Assembly: GCA_002788475.1 (NCBI GenBank)
Contig: PFRK01000037.1
Location: forward strand, 1 to 30,845
Length of the DNA stretch: 30,845 nt
Direction of reading: 5' to 3'
From: Candidatus Nomurabacteria bacterium CG_4_9_14_0_2_um_filter_32_10
GTDB lineage: Bacteria; Patescibacteriota; Minisyncoccia; Phycocordibacterales; UBA9973
Shown here: piece after piece, positions 1 to 8,445 of the stretch
Numbering within the stretch: the first letter of the stretch is position 1
Layout of the letters: every line of letters starts with the position of its first letter
Program-made: the position numbers and the translations under genes
The notes under the pieces: model-generated
What the model saw: the letters and a program-made list of their open reading frames with translations, nothing else
What the model was told of the DNA's origin: nothing
The model's database searches: none

Positions 1-367
1 AGAAATTATACATACCCATAGCACATAAACCTTGTAATTTTGTGCCAGCCTTTTGTGCAGGTACGTCAATTAAAGTTTCACCCGAAAGTGGAAGATTATT
101 GCGATAATCTAAACTTGGGATTACTAAAGCAGAAGAACAATCAAAACTACCGTTAGTTTTCATTTTTATTACTGTCGGTATACCTGCTTTGGCTGTTGTT
201 ATTCTAGGAGAATATCCTCCTTTAGCATTAATTTCAATAACTTGCTTGCCATCAACAATATTTACATTATTAATATCGTTACTCAAATTACTATTCCCTC
301 TAGTAAGAAATATTGTTCCTCCTATTAAAATCACGACTATAAAAATAGATATTATGGTTGTTTTCAT
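1..367 (-). CDS. Cupredoxin-like domain protein with N-terminal membrane anchor (partial, runs off the left edge)
   Basis: Not in the ORF track. Manual translation from ATG at 367 is open to base 1: MKTTIISIFIVVILIGG...GGYSPRITTAKAGIPT...FDCSSAL...LQGLCAMGMYNF. The C-x-M-x-M-Y motif is typical of cupredoxin-like copper proteins. Confidence 0.85.
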   Translation of the reverse strand, partial: MKTTIISIFIVVILIGGTIFLTRGNSNLSNDINNVNIVDGKQVIEINAKGGYSPRITTAKAGIPTVIKMKTNGSFDCSSALVIPSLDYRNNLPLSGETLIDVPAQKAGTKLQGLCAMGMYNF

Positions 368-377
368 AAAATTATGT

Positions 378-1451
378 TTAAAAATTAAAAATTGGTGGAA
401 TAATACCGACACCGACTAAAGAATTAATTAAATTGAAAATTCCAAAAAATATTACAATGAGACCAGCCGTCTTAAAAAATATTCCAGATTGCGCTTTTTT
501 ATGAATTCCAAGAGAACTAAAACTCAAAAGTAAAAGCACTGGAAGTGTCCCAAGTGCAAAAGAAAACATTATTAACGATCCAGTTAAAAAACTCCCAGTA
601 GTCAAAGTATAAATCTGCATTGATTGAGTAAAGCCACAAGGTAGAAAAAATGTTACGACACCAACTAAAAGAGGAGTAAAAGTGTGATTAATATTCTTGA
701 GACCATGAACACGTTTACCAATAAAATTTGGAATAGTTGGCTGAAGTTTTTTAGCCCAAGGAAATATATCAAGGAGATTAATACCAAGAATAAGAAGAAC
801 AACTGCAACCAGAAAACTAAGAATAAATGTACTAGTTATACCAAGTTGAAATGCTGAACCAAGAGCACCAATAACACCACCTAGAACAAAAAATGATACA
901 AGCCGACCAGTATGAAATAAAATCTGTGGTCGTACTTTACTTGCTCTGAGTGGAATTGAAAGGTCATCTTCTTTGGCAAAATTTGCCGACATAGAAAGCA
1001 CAAGTCCTCCGACTACAGCCATACAGGTCGAGACAGAAGCAATAAGACCAATAACAAATGATGTACCATAACTAACTTTTGATGCATTTATTAAATTTAC
1101 AATACCAAGTTTTTGTAAAAGAATAAAAAAGACAATAAATGCTAAAGCTATAGGAATAGCAATCTTAAAATCAGACCACTTAACTAAATGATTTTGTTTT
1201 TCAAGAGATAACGTATAACCATGTGGTTTTAAGACTGTGGATAAATATTCAGCCACAGCTTCTGGTGTATCTCCTCCGCCAGAGGCGGATCCGCCTCTGG
1301 CGGAAAAATCTCCTGTTATTTCAACATTAAGATTTTTTAATGATGCTTTTGCACGAGAAATACCCGATACTTCACTCAATTCACTTTCAGTAAGTATTAC
1401 ACATGCATTACAATGCATACCGTTAACATGGAATGTATAAGTTTTTTGCAT
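378..1451 (-). CDS. HMA domain + TauE/SafE (DsbD_2-like) membrane protein
   Basis: N-terminal GMHCNAC metal-binding motif, then multiple TM helices with STCMAVVGG and FFLPCGFTQ motifs. Carries two in-frame insertions (939-962, 1275-1304). Confidence 0.85.
   Translation of the reverse strand: MQKTYTFHVNGMHCNACVILTESELSEVSGISRAKASLKNLNVEITGDFSARGGSASGGGDTPEAVAEYLSTVLKPHGYTLSLEKQNHLVKWSDFKIAIPIALAFIVFFILLQKLGIVNLINASKVSYGTSFVIGLIASVSTCMAVVGGLVLSMSANFAKEDDLSIPLRASKVRPQILFHTGRLVSFFVLGGVIGALGSAFQLGITSTFILSFLVAVVLLILGINLLDIFPWAKKLQPTIPNFIGKRVHGLKNINHTFTPLLVGVVTFFLPCGFTQSMQIYTLTTGSFLTGSLIMFSFALGTLPVLLLLSFSSLGIHKKAQSGIFFKTAGLIVIFFGIFNLINSLVGVGIIPPIFNF
1275..1304. repeat. Family A 30-bp palindrome, in frame in the HMA-TauE gene (SARGGSASGG)
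   Basis: Perfect palindrome tccgccagaggcggatccgcctctggcgga. Confidence 0.95.
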
Positions 1452-1515
1452 TATTCTATCATATAGTATCTCTGTAAAAATTCATAATCTACTTCAAAAA
1501 AACAATTCATGAAGA

Positions 1516-2427
1516 TTATATATTACATCCCCCACCTTGTTGCTGTTTTGGTAAAATAATTTGAGAAGAAACACTTTTATATCCTTGTGTACTGGAATAA
1601 TTAATACCTAATATTTCTTCTGAGTTCACATCTTTCCATTCAATACCTTTATTCTTCATATAAATCGCGATAGTTATATATGCATCAGAAAACCAATAAG
1701 AATTCACTACCAGAGCAGTTTTCCACATATCTTGTTCACTAACCCCTTGTGAAGCCATTAACTCCAAAAGTCCAAGCATCGCCATACCATGATTACAATC
1801 AGGGAAATGAGTTGAGTTACCACAACATGGTCTATATATACCTCTAGAAATTTTATCTACAAGAGTTTGCTGTTCTTTAGTTAATGTGACTAATGAATGA
1901 CGACTATAATGATCCATGGGCTTCCCTTTAGCTAATGTCCAACCACCAGTGGATGCAAAATTCCCTGCTTCGCTGTATGCTGGATTCATCATTTCTCCTT
2001 TCTCTAGAATAGGATTTTTATTAGCTAGTCCAAGCGCCCAAAACAAATTTAAGAGATACCCAGAATTTTCTTTAGTAATTTTTAGTTTGCCATTATTTTG
2101 ATCCAGAAGAAGTTTCTTATATTCATCAGTAAATTGTCCTCTACTTTCATATATCACTTTAAACTTTTTAGAATCAATAGTTCCGCTATTTATGAGTTGA
2201 ACTCCAAGATCTCCCCAGACTATCGGCAATGTCACGCCCTGAGATAGAAGTACATTTTCCTCTAAACTTGATAATAACAATGTTTTATCTTGATTATGCA
2301 CAATACCTATTTCTTGTTGCATTTTAACTTTTAACTCTTTTGTATATATCCAAGCACCAATAATAACTAAAAATATAATCAGAATATTTACAGGAAAAAT
2401 ATAATCTTTTGATAATTTTATTTTCAT
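1516..2427 (-). CDS. Membrane-anchored hypothetical protein with RPCCGNSTHFPDCNHG motif
   Basis: 303-aa ORF with one N-terminal TM segment, a Cys/His cluster and a C-terminal GGGC; lies inside the copper cluster. Confidence 0.75.
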   Translation of the reverse strand: MKIKLSKDYIFPVNILIIFLVIIGAWIYTKELKVKMQQEIGIVHNQDKTLLLSSLEENVLLSQGVTLPIVWGDLGVQLINSGTIDSKKFKVIYESRGQFTDEYKKLLLDQNNGKLKITKENSGYLLNLFWALGLANKNPILEKGEMMNPAYSEAGNFASTGGWTLAKGKPMDHYSRHSLVTLTKEQQTLVDKISRGIYRPCCGNSTHFPDCNHGMAMLGLLELMASQGVSEQDMWKTALVVNSYWFSDAYITIAIYMKNKGIEWKDVNSEEILGINYSSTQGYKSVSSQIILPKQQQGGGCNI

Positions 2428-2431
2428 ATAT

Positions 2432-3211
2432 TTAGATAAAGAAAATTAAGATACCAATAATAATCATTACGAATCCTGCCCACAACTTTACTTTACTTGT
2501 ATTGGTATTTTTCCATTCTTGAACCTTTGTAAGAAGAGTTTTATCTGAAGATATAAACAAAACGAAAACTAAAGGAATAATAAGAATAAGATTATAGAGA
2601 ATTAAATAACCAAACCCAGAGAAGTAAGTCACTTGATCACGAAGAAGTCCAATCACCATTAAGTATGGTCCCCCCATACAAGGAAATTGACAAATACCGA
2701 CAAAAATTCCAAGCCCAAATGCCGCCAGCATTGATGAACGTTCCATTAATTTCCCCATAGCTTTTTTAGTGAAAGAAGGAATTTTTAACTTAATCGGAAA
2801 ATTCGGAAAAAAATAATTAAGAAGATTTATAAGTCCAAAAACAATCAAAAGAGTTGCTCCTAATTTCCCCATAAAATGTGGGGTATTAAAAAGGTGCAAT
2901 ACTTTTAAAATTCCAAGACCAATAAGAAGATAAGAAACAAAAATTCCAGCAACATAAATTCCACCAATTTGTAATATCTTTTTTCTCGTCATTTGCATTC
3001 CAAAAAGAAAGGCAATAGTTATAAGAAGGATCGAAAACGAACAAGGATGGACACTATCTAGAAGCGCAGAAATTAACATAAGAGGCAATAACCACGTTCC
3101 TTGTTTACTAATGCTCCAGATTATAGATGAAGTTGCAGGATTATTTTTTAGAATAATTATGCTAATAATAGCAATAAGCAAGATACCAATTGTAATTATA
3201 ATTTTTTTCAT
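2432..3211 (-). CDS. CcdA/DsbD-family thiol-disulfide transfer membrane protein
   Basis: Multi-TM protein with two membrane Cys motifs, DSVHPCSF and CQFPCMGGPY. Confidence 0.75.
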   Translation of the reverse strand: MKKIIITIGILLIAIISIIILKNNPATSSIIWSISKQGTWLLPLMLISALLDSVHPCSFSILLITIAFLFGMQMTRKKILQIGGIYVAGIFVSYLLIGLGILKVLHLFNTPHFMGKLGATLLIVFGLINLLNYFFPNFPIKLKIPSFTKKAMGKLMERSSMLAAFGLGIFVGICQFPCMGGPYLMVIGLLRDQVTYFSGFGYLILYNLILIIPLVFVLFISSDKTLLTKVQEWKNTNTSKVKLWAGFVMIIIGILIFFI

Positions 3212-3216
3212 ATAAT

Positions 3217-3741
3217 TTAAGGTGTTACTCTCGCTTTAATCTCAAACTGAAGTTTATTACCTTCAGAATCTTCAAGATAAATAAATCTATCAATCATTCC
3301 AACACCAGCTGGACCATGAGCGTTAGGATCATATATAACTTCAATATCTGCAGACTCTCCAGCTTTTATTGTTTTATTTAATTTTGGAACAACTCCCATA
3401 CCTTGCATACCAAAAGGACCATTTTTATTTCCACCAGGCTCTATAAAGTAAGCACGTGTACACATACAAGAAGTAGTTAAACTCGGAATTAAAATATCTA
3501 GACTAGTTCCATTGGTAACTTTAAATGTTTTACTTACATCTCCATCTTTCATAGAGATTGTACCAAAATCATAGAGTATCTCTGATGTAATTAATCGGTC
3601 TTTTATTTCACTTATTTTACTTACTTTACTAGAATCACTAGGTAATGTTAATGACATTATATTTTTACTACCCCCATACATAAGTAATAACAATGCACCC
3701 AAAATAGCAAGTATCCATATAATTATTGTTTTTGTTTTCAT
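3217..3741 (-). CDS. DUF1573-like Ig-fold protein
   Basis: N-terminal signal/TM, YDFGTI, TSCMCT and YDPNAHG motifs. Confidence 0.7.
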   Translation of the reverse strand: MKTKTIIIWILAILGALLLLMYGGSKNIMSLTLPSDSSKVSKISEIKDRLITSEILYDFGTISMKDGDVSKTFKVTNGTSLDILIPSLTTSCMCTRAYFIEPGGNKNGPFGMQGMGVVPKLNKTIKAGESADIEVIYDPNAHGPAGVGMIDRFIYLEDSEGNKLQFEIKARVTP

Positions 3742-3834
3742 AAAATTTAAATTAAAATTAGATAAGAAAAAAATCTTTGACTAAAAGATTTTTTAAACAC
3801 CTAAAAAACCCCAAAAGAGCAATTAAGGTGAAAA

Positions 3835-4230
3835 TTATGAAAAAGATGGACTATTTTCTAAAAGAGAAAGCCAATTAATTATTCCTTGTTGAAAAGTATA
3901 TAATTTTTTATTATCCAGAGGATATTTCCATCTATAAAAATATCGTTTTTGATTTGAAGAGTTTTGTTCATTAAAAAAATATAAAATTATTCCTAGTATT
4001 AAGAAAGAAAAAATAAAAAAAGTCGAAAAAGTTATATTTGAAAATTGATGCCAATCATTTATATGATCAAGAATGTTTTCACATATTGAAGAACCATTTT
4101 GAGTATAAGGACAATTAACCATAGAAGTTTCAAACATATGATTGAATTCAAATAAACCAAAAATCCCTACACCTATGTAGGCAAGTAAAATAAAAATACT
4201 AATTAAAAATTTTTTATTTTGTAAAATCAT
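3835..4230 (-). CDS. Small membrane protein with Cys/His loop
   Basis: Two TM segments flank NHM...CPY...CENILDHINDWH. Confidence 0.6.
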   Translation of the reverse strand: MILQNKKFLISIFILLAYIGVGIFGLFEFNHMFETSMVNCPYTQNGSSICENILDHINDWHQFSNITFSTFFIFSFLILGIILYFFNEQNSSNQKRYFYRWKYPLDNKKLYTFQQGIINWLSLLENSPSFS

Positions 4231-4285
4231 ACTAATAACTATATTCTTAACTCTTTAATTTATTTTAATAATTTTTATATAAAAA

Positions 4286-4669
4286 TCATTTTGCATTATT
4301 GATAATATTTTGAATAATTTGGTCAATTTCTTTTGGTCTTTCACCTAAATCAACTTGCGGAAAAAACTGATACAAAATAATCGGCCGCATCCCAGAAATA
4401 AAAGTCCATCCATCTTTAGTATAGACATTTATTTTGCAAGGCAAACAAAGACCAAGTTTTATATCTTTATCCAAAAATTCATTAGCAAACTTTGCGCTAC
4501 AAAATTCAATAATCTTGAATGGTTCTCTTTGAAAATCTTTTTCCCTTAAAGTTTCTTGCACATTATGAACATACAAAACTCGCATACCAGCTTTGACAAC
4601 TTCATCTTGCACCCTTTTGACTATTTCGTCAAAAGTTTTTATTGTAGTTATAGTGTAATCAAATTCCAT
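4286..4669 (-). CDS. DUF302 domain protein
   Basis: IIEFCSAKFA and LCLPCKINVY motifs, 127 aa. Confidence 0.8.
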   Translation of the reverse strand: MEFDYTITTIKTFDEIVKRVQDEVVKAGMRVLYVHNVQETLREKDFQREPFKIIEFCSAKFANEFLDKDIKLGLCLPCKINVYTKDGWTFISGMRPIILYQFFPQVDLGERPKEIDQIIQNIINNAK

Positions 4670-4692
4670 AAATTTTATATATTTAATTATAA

Positions 4693-4938
4693 TTAGTTGC
4701 TCAAATCTTTTTTCTTTTCTTCAAATTCTTTTTTTTCTATTTCACCTTTAGCATATCTCTCTTTCAAAATATCCAATGCTTTTTTACTACTATCTATTCC
4801 ATTTGTTTTATTATTACGAACAAGCCAAACAATAAAATAAATAATTACTGCCCAAAATAGAATCATCATAATTCCACCCCCAAACCAACCCATCATACTA
4901 TCCCAACCACTATAACCATTATATATTCCGTACATCAT
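4693..4938 (-). CDS. SHOCT-domain small membrane protein
   Basis: Met/Gly-rich N-terminus, one TM, C-terminal [21 protein letters not shown]. Confidence 0.85.
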   Translation of the reverse strand: MMYGIYNGYSGWDSMMGWFGGGIMMILFWAVIIYFIVWLVRNNKTNGIDSSKKALDILKERYAKGEIEKKEFEEKKKDLSN

Positions 4939-4994
4939 AATTTTTTTAAATTAATTAATAATCTTTTTTTACCTCTTTTAATAAATTTCGACTT

Positions 4995-7298
4995 TCATAA
5001 TTTCTTACTTTTAATACGCAAAGAATTTCCGACCACAGAGACAGAAGACATCGCCATTGCAAATCCTGCAAAAACTGGACTTAATAACCATCCAAAAATT
5101 GGGAAAAACAACCCACCCGCTAGAGGAATACCAACAATGTTATAAATGAATGCCCAGAATAAATTTTGTTTAATTCCTCGCATTATTATTTTTGAAAGAC
5201 TGATGGCTTTTACTAACTTCGAGATGTCTCCATGAAGTAATGTTATACCAGCACTTTCTATCGCTACATCTGTCCCCGTAGCCATAGCGATACCCACATC
5301 AGCTTGTGCGAGAGCTGGAGCATCATTTACTCCATCCCCTGCCATAGCTACAACATAGCCCTTACTTTGTAATTCTTTTATTTTATTTAATTTATCTTCT
5401 GGCATCACTTCAGCCACAATTTCATCGATCCCAATTTGTTTAGCAATATATTCTGCTGTATTTTTGTTATCTCCTGTAAGCATTACCACTTTGATATTGA
5501 GTTTATGTAAATTTTTTATTGCTTCTATCGCTTCTACTTTTATTGCATCTGCTACCATTACTACACCTAAAACTTTTTCTTTTGTAACCAAAATTACAGG
5601 TGTTTTTCCTTCTAAAGTTTCTTTTTCAATTAAAGTGGTATCAAAAGAAAGATTAAGATCTTTTATAATTTTCGTATTACCTGCAAAATATTCTATTCCA
5701 TCAATTAACCCTTTTAATCCTTTGCCTTTTATAATTTCAAAATTGCTAATGTCTTTTATTTTTATATTTTTTTCTTTAGCATAATTCATCACTGAGTGGG
5801 CAATCGGATGTTCCGATTTATTTTCAAGCGTCGCAAGGATAGAAACAAGTTCATTATTATTACTATTTGAAAAATTATTAATCGAAATAAGTTCCGGTTT
5901 CCCACGAGTAAGAGTCCCCGTTTTATCCACCACTACCACATCTACACTTCCAAGTTTTTGAAGAGTACTAGCATCTTTGATAAGAATTCCTTCTCGTGCT
6001 CCACGACCTACTCCTACTATGATGGCCGTTGGAGTCGCAAGCCCTAGCGCACAAGGACAAGCAATAACTAAAATACTTACAAAAGAAACCAGACCATAAG
6101 ATAATGCTTGAGAAAATTCAAAATATTGTGTACCTATCAAAAGCCATAGGCCTAAAGCTAAGAAAGAAAGAATTAGAACTACAGGAACAAATATACTTGA
6201 AATCTTATCAGCCAGAGCTTGAATCGGAGCCTTACTTCCTTGAGCTTCTTCAACCATTTTTATTATATGCGCAAGCATAGTTTCGGAACCAACCTTTGTC
6301 GCCTTAAAAGTAAATGAACCTGTCGTATTTATAGTTCCAGCAACGACAGTATCATCAATATTTTTTTGAACTGGCATTGGTTCTCCGGAAATCATAGATT
6401 CATCTATGTAAGATGTTCCCCCTACAACAATACCATCTACTGGAATGCTACTACCAGGTTTTACAATAATTAAATCCCCATGGACGACTTGATCTATTAA
6501 TATTTCTATTTCTTTACCATCACGTATTATGAGAGCAGTTTTTGCTTGAAGATTCAAAAGTTTTTCTATTGCATCTCCTGTTTTTATTTTTGAGCGAGTT
6601 TCTAAATATTTTCCAAGTGTGATAAAAGCAATAACTACAATAACAACATCATAATAGCTTTGATTAACATTTATAAAAGAACTAAGACTCTCCTCAAAAG
6701 CACTAATAACAAAACTATAAATAAAAGCCACCAGTGTCCCAAGACCAATAAGTGTATCCATATTGGCATAACCTGTACGTAAAAATCGATACAAACCAAG
6801 TAGATATGGTTTACCTACTACAAAAAGTGTATATGTAGCCAATACTGGTAAAAGATAATGAAAAAATTCACTCCAAAAATAAGGAATCTCTGGTATGAGC
6901 TTAAACTGAGCAAGAATATCGAAGCCCATAACAAAGACACTTATTATGACAATAGGAATAAGAGACAAAAGTTTATTTTTCATGTCTTTAAGTTCAATAA
7001 TTTTTTCATTTTTCGTTTGGCTAAAACCTAAGTGCTTAGCATGTTTATCTAAAGACATACTCATAGATTCTGCTGTAGATGCCGTCGGAATAATTAGTGA
7101 ATAGCCGAGTGGTTCTATGTGTTTAGATAAAATTTCAGGATTTGTTTTTGATAAATCAAAAGATATCTTGGCTTTTTCTGTACCAGGATTTATTTCAATT
7201 GATTCTACTCCCTCTATCTTTTTGAGAGTTTTTTCAATAATACTTGCACATGAAGCACAATGCATTCCTTTTACTTCAAAAGTTTTTGATTCATTCAT
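4995..7298 (-). CDS. copA: Copper-translocating P1B-type ATPase
   Basis: GMHCASC, CPCALGLATP, DKTGTLT, SEHP, GDGVNDAPAL, YN and MAMSS motifs. Confidence 0.95.
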   Translation of the reverse strand: MNESKTFEVKGMHCASCASIIEKTLKKIEGVESIEINPGTEKAKISFDLSKTNPEILSKHIEPLGYSLIIPTASTAESMSMSLDKHAKHLGFSQTKNEKIIELKDMKNKLLSLIPIVIISVFVMGFDILAQFKLIPEIPYFWSEFFHYLLPVLATYTLFVVGKPYLLGLYRFLRTGYANMDTLIGLGTLVAFIYSFVISAFEESLSSFINVNQSYYDVVIVVIAFITLGKYLETRSKIKTGDAIEKLLNLQAKTALIIRDGKEIEILIDQVVHGDLIIVKPGSSIPVDGIVVGGTSYIDESMISGEPMPVQKNIDDTVVAGTINTTGSFTFKATKVGSETMLAHIIKMVEEAQGSKAPIQALADKISSIFVPVVLILSFLALGLWLLIGTQYFEFSQALSYGLVSFVSILVIACPCALGLATPTAIIVGVGRGAREGILIKDASTLQKLGSVDVVVVDKTGTLTRGKPELISINNFSNSNNNELVSILATLENKSEHPIAHSVMNYAKEKNIKIKDISNFEIIKGKGLKGLIDGIEYFAGNTKIIKDLNLSFDTTLIEKETLEGKTPVILVTKEKVLGVVMVADAIKVEAIEAIKNLHKLNIKVVMLTGDNKNTAEYIAKQIGIDEIVAEVMPEDKLNKIKELQSKGYVVAMAGDGVNDAPALAQADVGIAMATGTDVAIESAGITLLHGDISKLVKAISLSKIIMRGIKQNLFWAFIYNIVGIPLAGGLFFPIFGWLLSPVFAGFAMAMSSVSVVGNSLRIKSKKL

Positions 7299-7301
7299 TT
7301 T

Positions 7302-7565
7302 TTATTTTCGCTTTAATTGATAAACTTTTAAAATTTCTTTAGTAGCTTTATCAGCTTGACCTTTTTTTATTTGATTTACTAAACAATATCCTAAATGTCC
7401 TTCCATAAGCTTATCTTCTATAGTGGAAAGAGCCTGTTTAACAGCAGACGTTTGGGTAATAACATCTATACAATAGATGTCACTTTGAAGCATATTTTGC
7501 AAACCTCTTACTTGTCCCTCAATTATCTTTAATCTACGAATAAGTTTTTGTTTATCATTATGCAT
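7302..7565 (-). CDS. csoR: CsoR-family copper-sensing repressor (87 aa)
   Basis: RRLKIIEGQVRG plus C (YCID), H and C (EGHLGYC) ligands. Start reassigned to ATG 7565 because the longer ORF runs through the promoter, operator and a hairpin. Confidence 0.9.
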   Translation of the reverse strand: MHNDKQKLIRRLKIIEGQVRGLQNMLQSDIYCIDVITQTSAVKQALSTIEDKLMEGHLGYCLVNQIKKGQADKATKEILKVYQLKRK

Positions 7566-7571
7566 ATAAAC

Positions 7572-7600
7572 AGTATATACCCCTAGGGGGTATAAGTCAA
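7572..7600 (-). promoter_or_regulatory. Sigma70 promoter of the csoR-copA operon (TTGACT-N17-TATACT)
   Basis: -35 at 7595-7600 and -10 at 7572-7577; the -10 ends 6 nt before the ATG. Confidence 0.85.
7576..7594. promoter_or_regulatory. CsoR operator
   Basis: TATACCCC-TAG-GGGGTATA inverted repeat matches the TACCC...GGGTA CsoR box type and fills the promoter spacer. Confidence 0.9.
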
Positions 7601-7620
7601 ATAATTCACTGTGAAAAAAC

Positions 7621-7731
7621 AAAAAAACATTATAGATTGTGCTTTTTCCGGCATACGCAATATTAGATTCAGTTACCACATTCAGGTTGGAGTGCAAGCC
7701 GTGAAAAAGCAGCAATTTATGATGTTTTTTT
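7621..7731. repeat. Long hairpin E1 (32-bp stem, 2 bulges, 45-nt loop); homologous to E2
   Basis: 7621-7652 pairs with 7698-7731 (bulges T7702 and G7712). Loop boxes ATACGC and CAGGTTG are shared with E2. Confidence 0.7.
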
Positions 7732-8415
7732 AGGAATAGTTTCTTCTGGCTTTGTCTCTTGAAGCTCAAAAGATTCTTTCACACGAGATTCTAGTTCTTC
7801 AATGCTATGAAAACCAGTCAATACATTTCCTTCAATAACTAAAGCAGGAAGTTCAGTATCTTTTATTTTATAAATCTGAAGCATTGCTTTGACCGCTGAA
7901 AGGTCAATACTATAATCAAAAGAATAGACACGAAGTTCTGGATATTTATCCCGAAGAGAAGAAAGTACTAACCCTTCCCTTTCACATTCACTACAATTTT
8001 CTGCTGTTGTATAAAAATAAAGAATAAATGCTGCTTTAGTTTTACAACGTTCAGAAATCTTTTTTGTTAAGAGATAATCTTTAATTTGAAGAAGAGAATA
8101 GTATTTCTTCAAATATGAAACCGTATCTGTCGTTCCTAAATTATCTTGCCCCCACTCTAATTTACGCCCAAGTTCACCAAGTTCACCTGAAATAACATAA
8201 TCAGAAATATTTTTACAAGAAAGTTCTGAAAGTAATGTAAATTGAGTTTCAGAAGATAAAATATCTATTGATATTTTATCTTGAATTAATTTCAATTGAT
8301 CAATTTTTTTATTACCAAAATAATTACTAACATAGCTAGCACTCAAAAAAAGCCCAACTGTAAATAAAAAAACAATTAAATATTTTTTCCAATCAATGTG
8401 ATTATCTGTATTCAT
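7717..8415 (-). CDS. Membrane-anchored thioredoxin-fold-like protein
   Basis: N-terminal TM and a C-terminal domain with YFY...CSEC and RVYSFD...ELPALVI. Confidence 0.65.
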   Translation of the reverse strand: MNTDNHIDWKKYLIVFLFTVGLFLSASYVSNYFGNKKIDQLKLIQDKISIDILSSETQFTLLSELSCKNISDYVISGELGELGRKLEWGQDNLGTTDTVSYLKKYYSLLQIKDYLLTKKISERCKTKAAFILYFYTTAENCSECEREGLVLSSLRDKYPELRVYSFDYSIDLSAVKAMLQIYKIKDTELPALVIEGNVLTGFHSIEELESRVKESFELQETKPEETIPKKTS

Positions 8416-8433
8416 AATTCGTAATTCGTAATT
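8413..8433. repeat. Heptamer tandem repeat (C(G/A)TAATT x3) abutting a start codon
   Basis: cataatt-cgtaatt-cgtaatt. Confidence 0.8.
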
Positions 8434-8445
8434 TTTAATTGACCC

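Noticed and set aside
189-419. ORF 189..419 (+)
   Set aside because: It is the antisense shadow of the cupredoxin gene, whose minus-strand frame has clear motifs.
2718-2732. aatgc-cgcca-gcatt mini-hairpin in the CcdA-like gene
   Set aside because: Only a 5-bp stem, no family ends, and no evidence of an indel.
3768-3794. 11-bp inverted repeat aaaaaatcttt/aaagatttttt
   Set aside because: Low-complexity AT sequence; plausible by chance or as a weak terminator.
6376-6395. CopA actuator motif SGE instead of TGE
   Set aside because: Conservative Thr-to-Ser change; all other catalytic motifs are intact, so there is no basis for a pseudogene or novelty call.
1914-6483. Other CCATGG hexamers (1914, 6478)
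   Set aside because: They are isolated 6-mers inside coding sequence with no extended symmetry.
7566-7769. 68-aa N-terminal extension of CsoR in the ORF track
   Set aside because: It runs through the promoter, operator and hairpin E1 and overlaps the neighbouring gene; the CsoR fold starts at ATG 7565.
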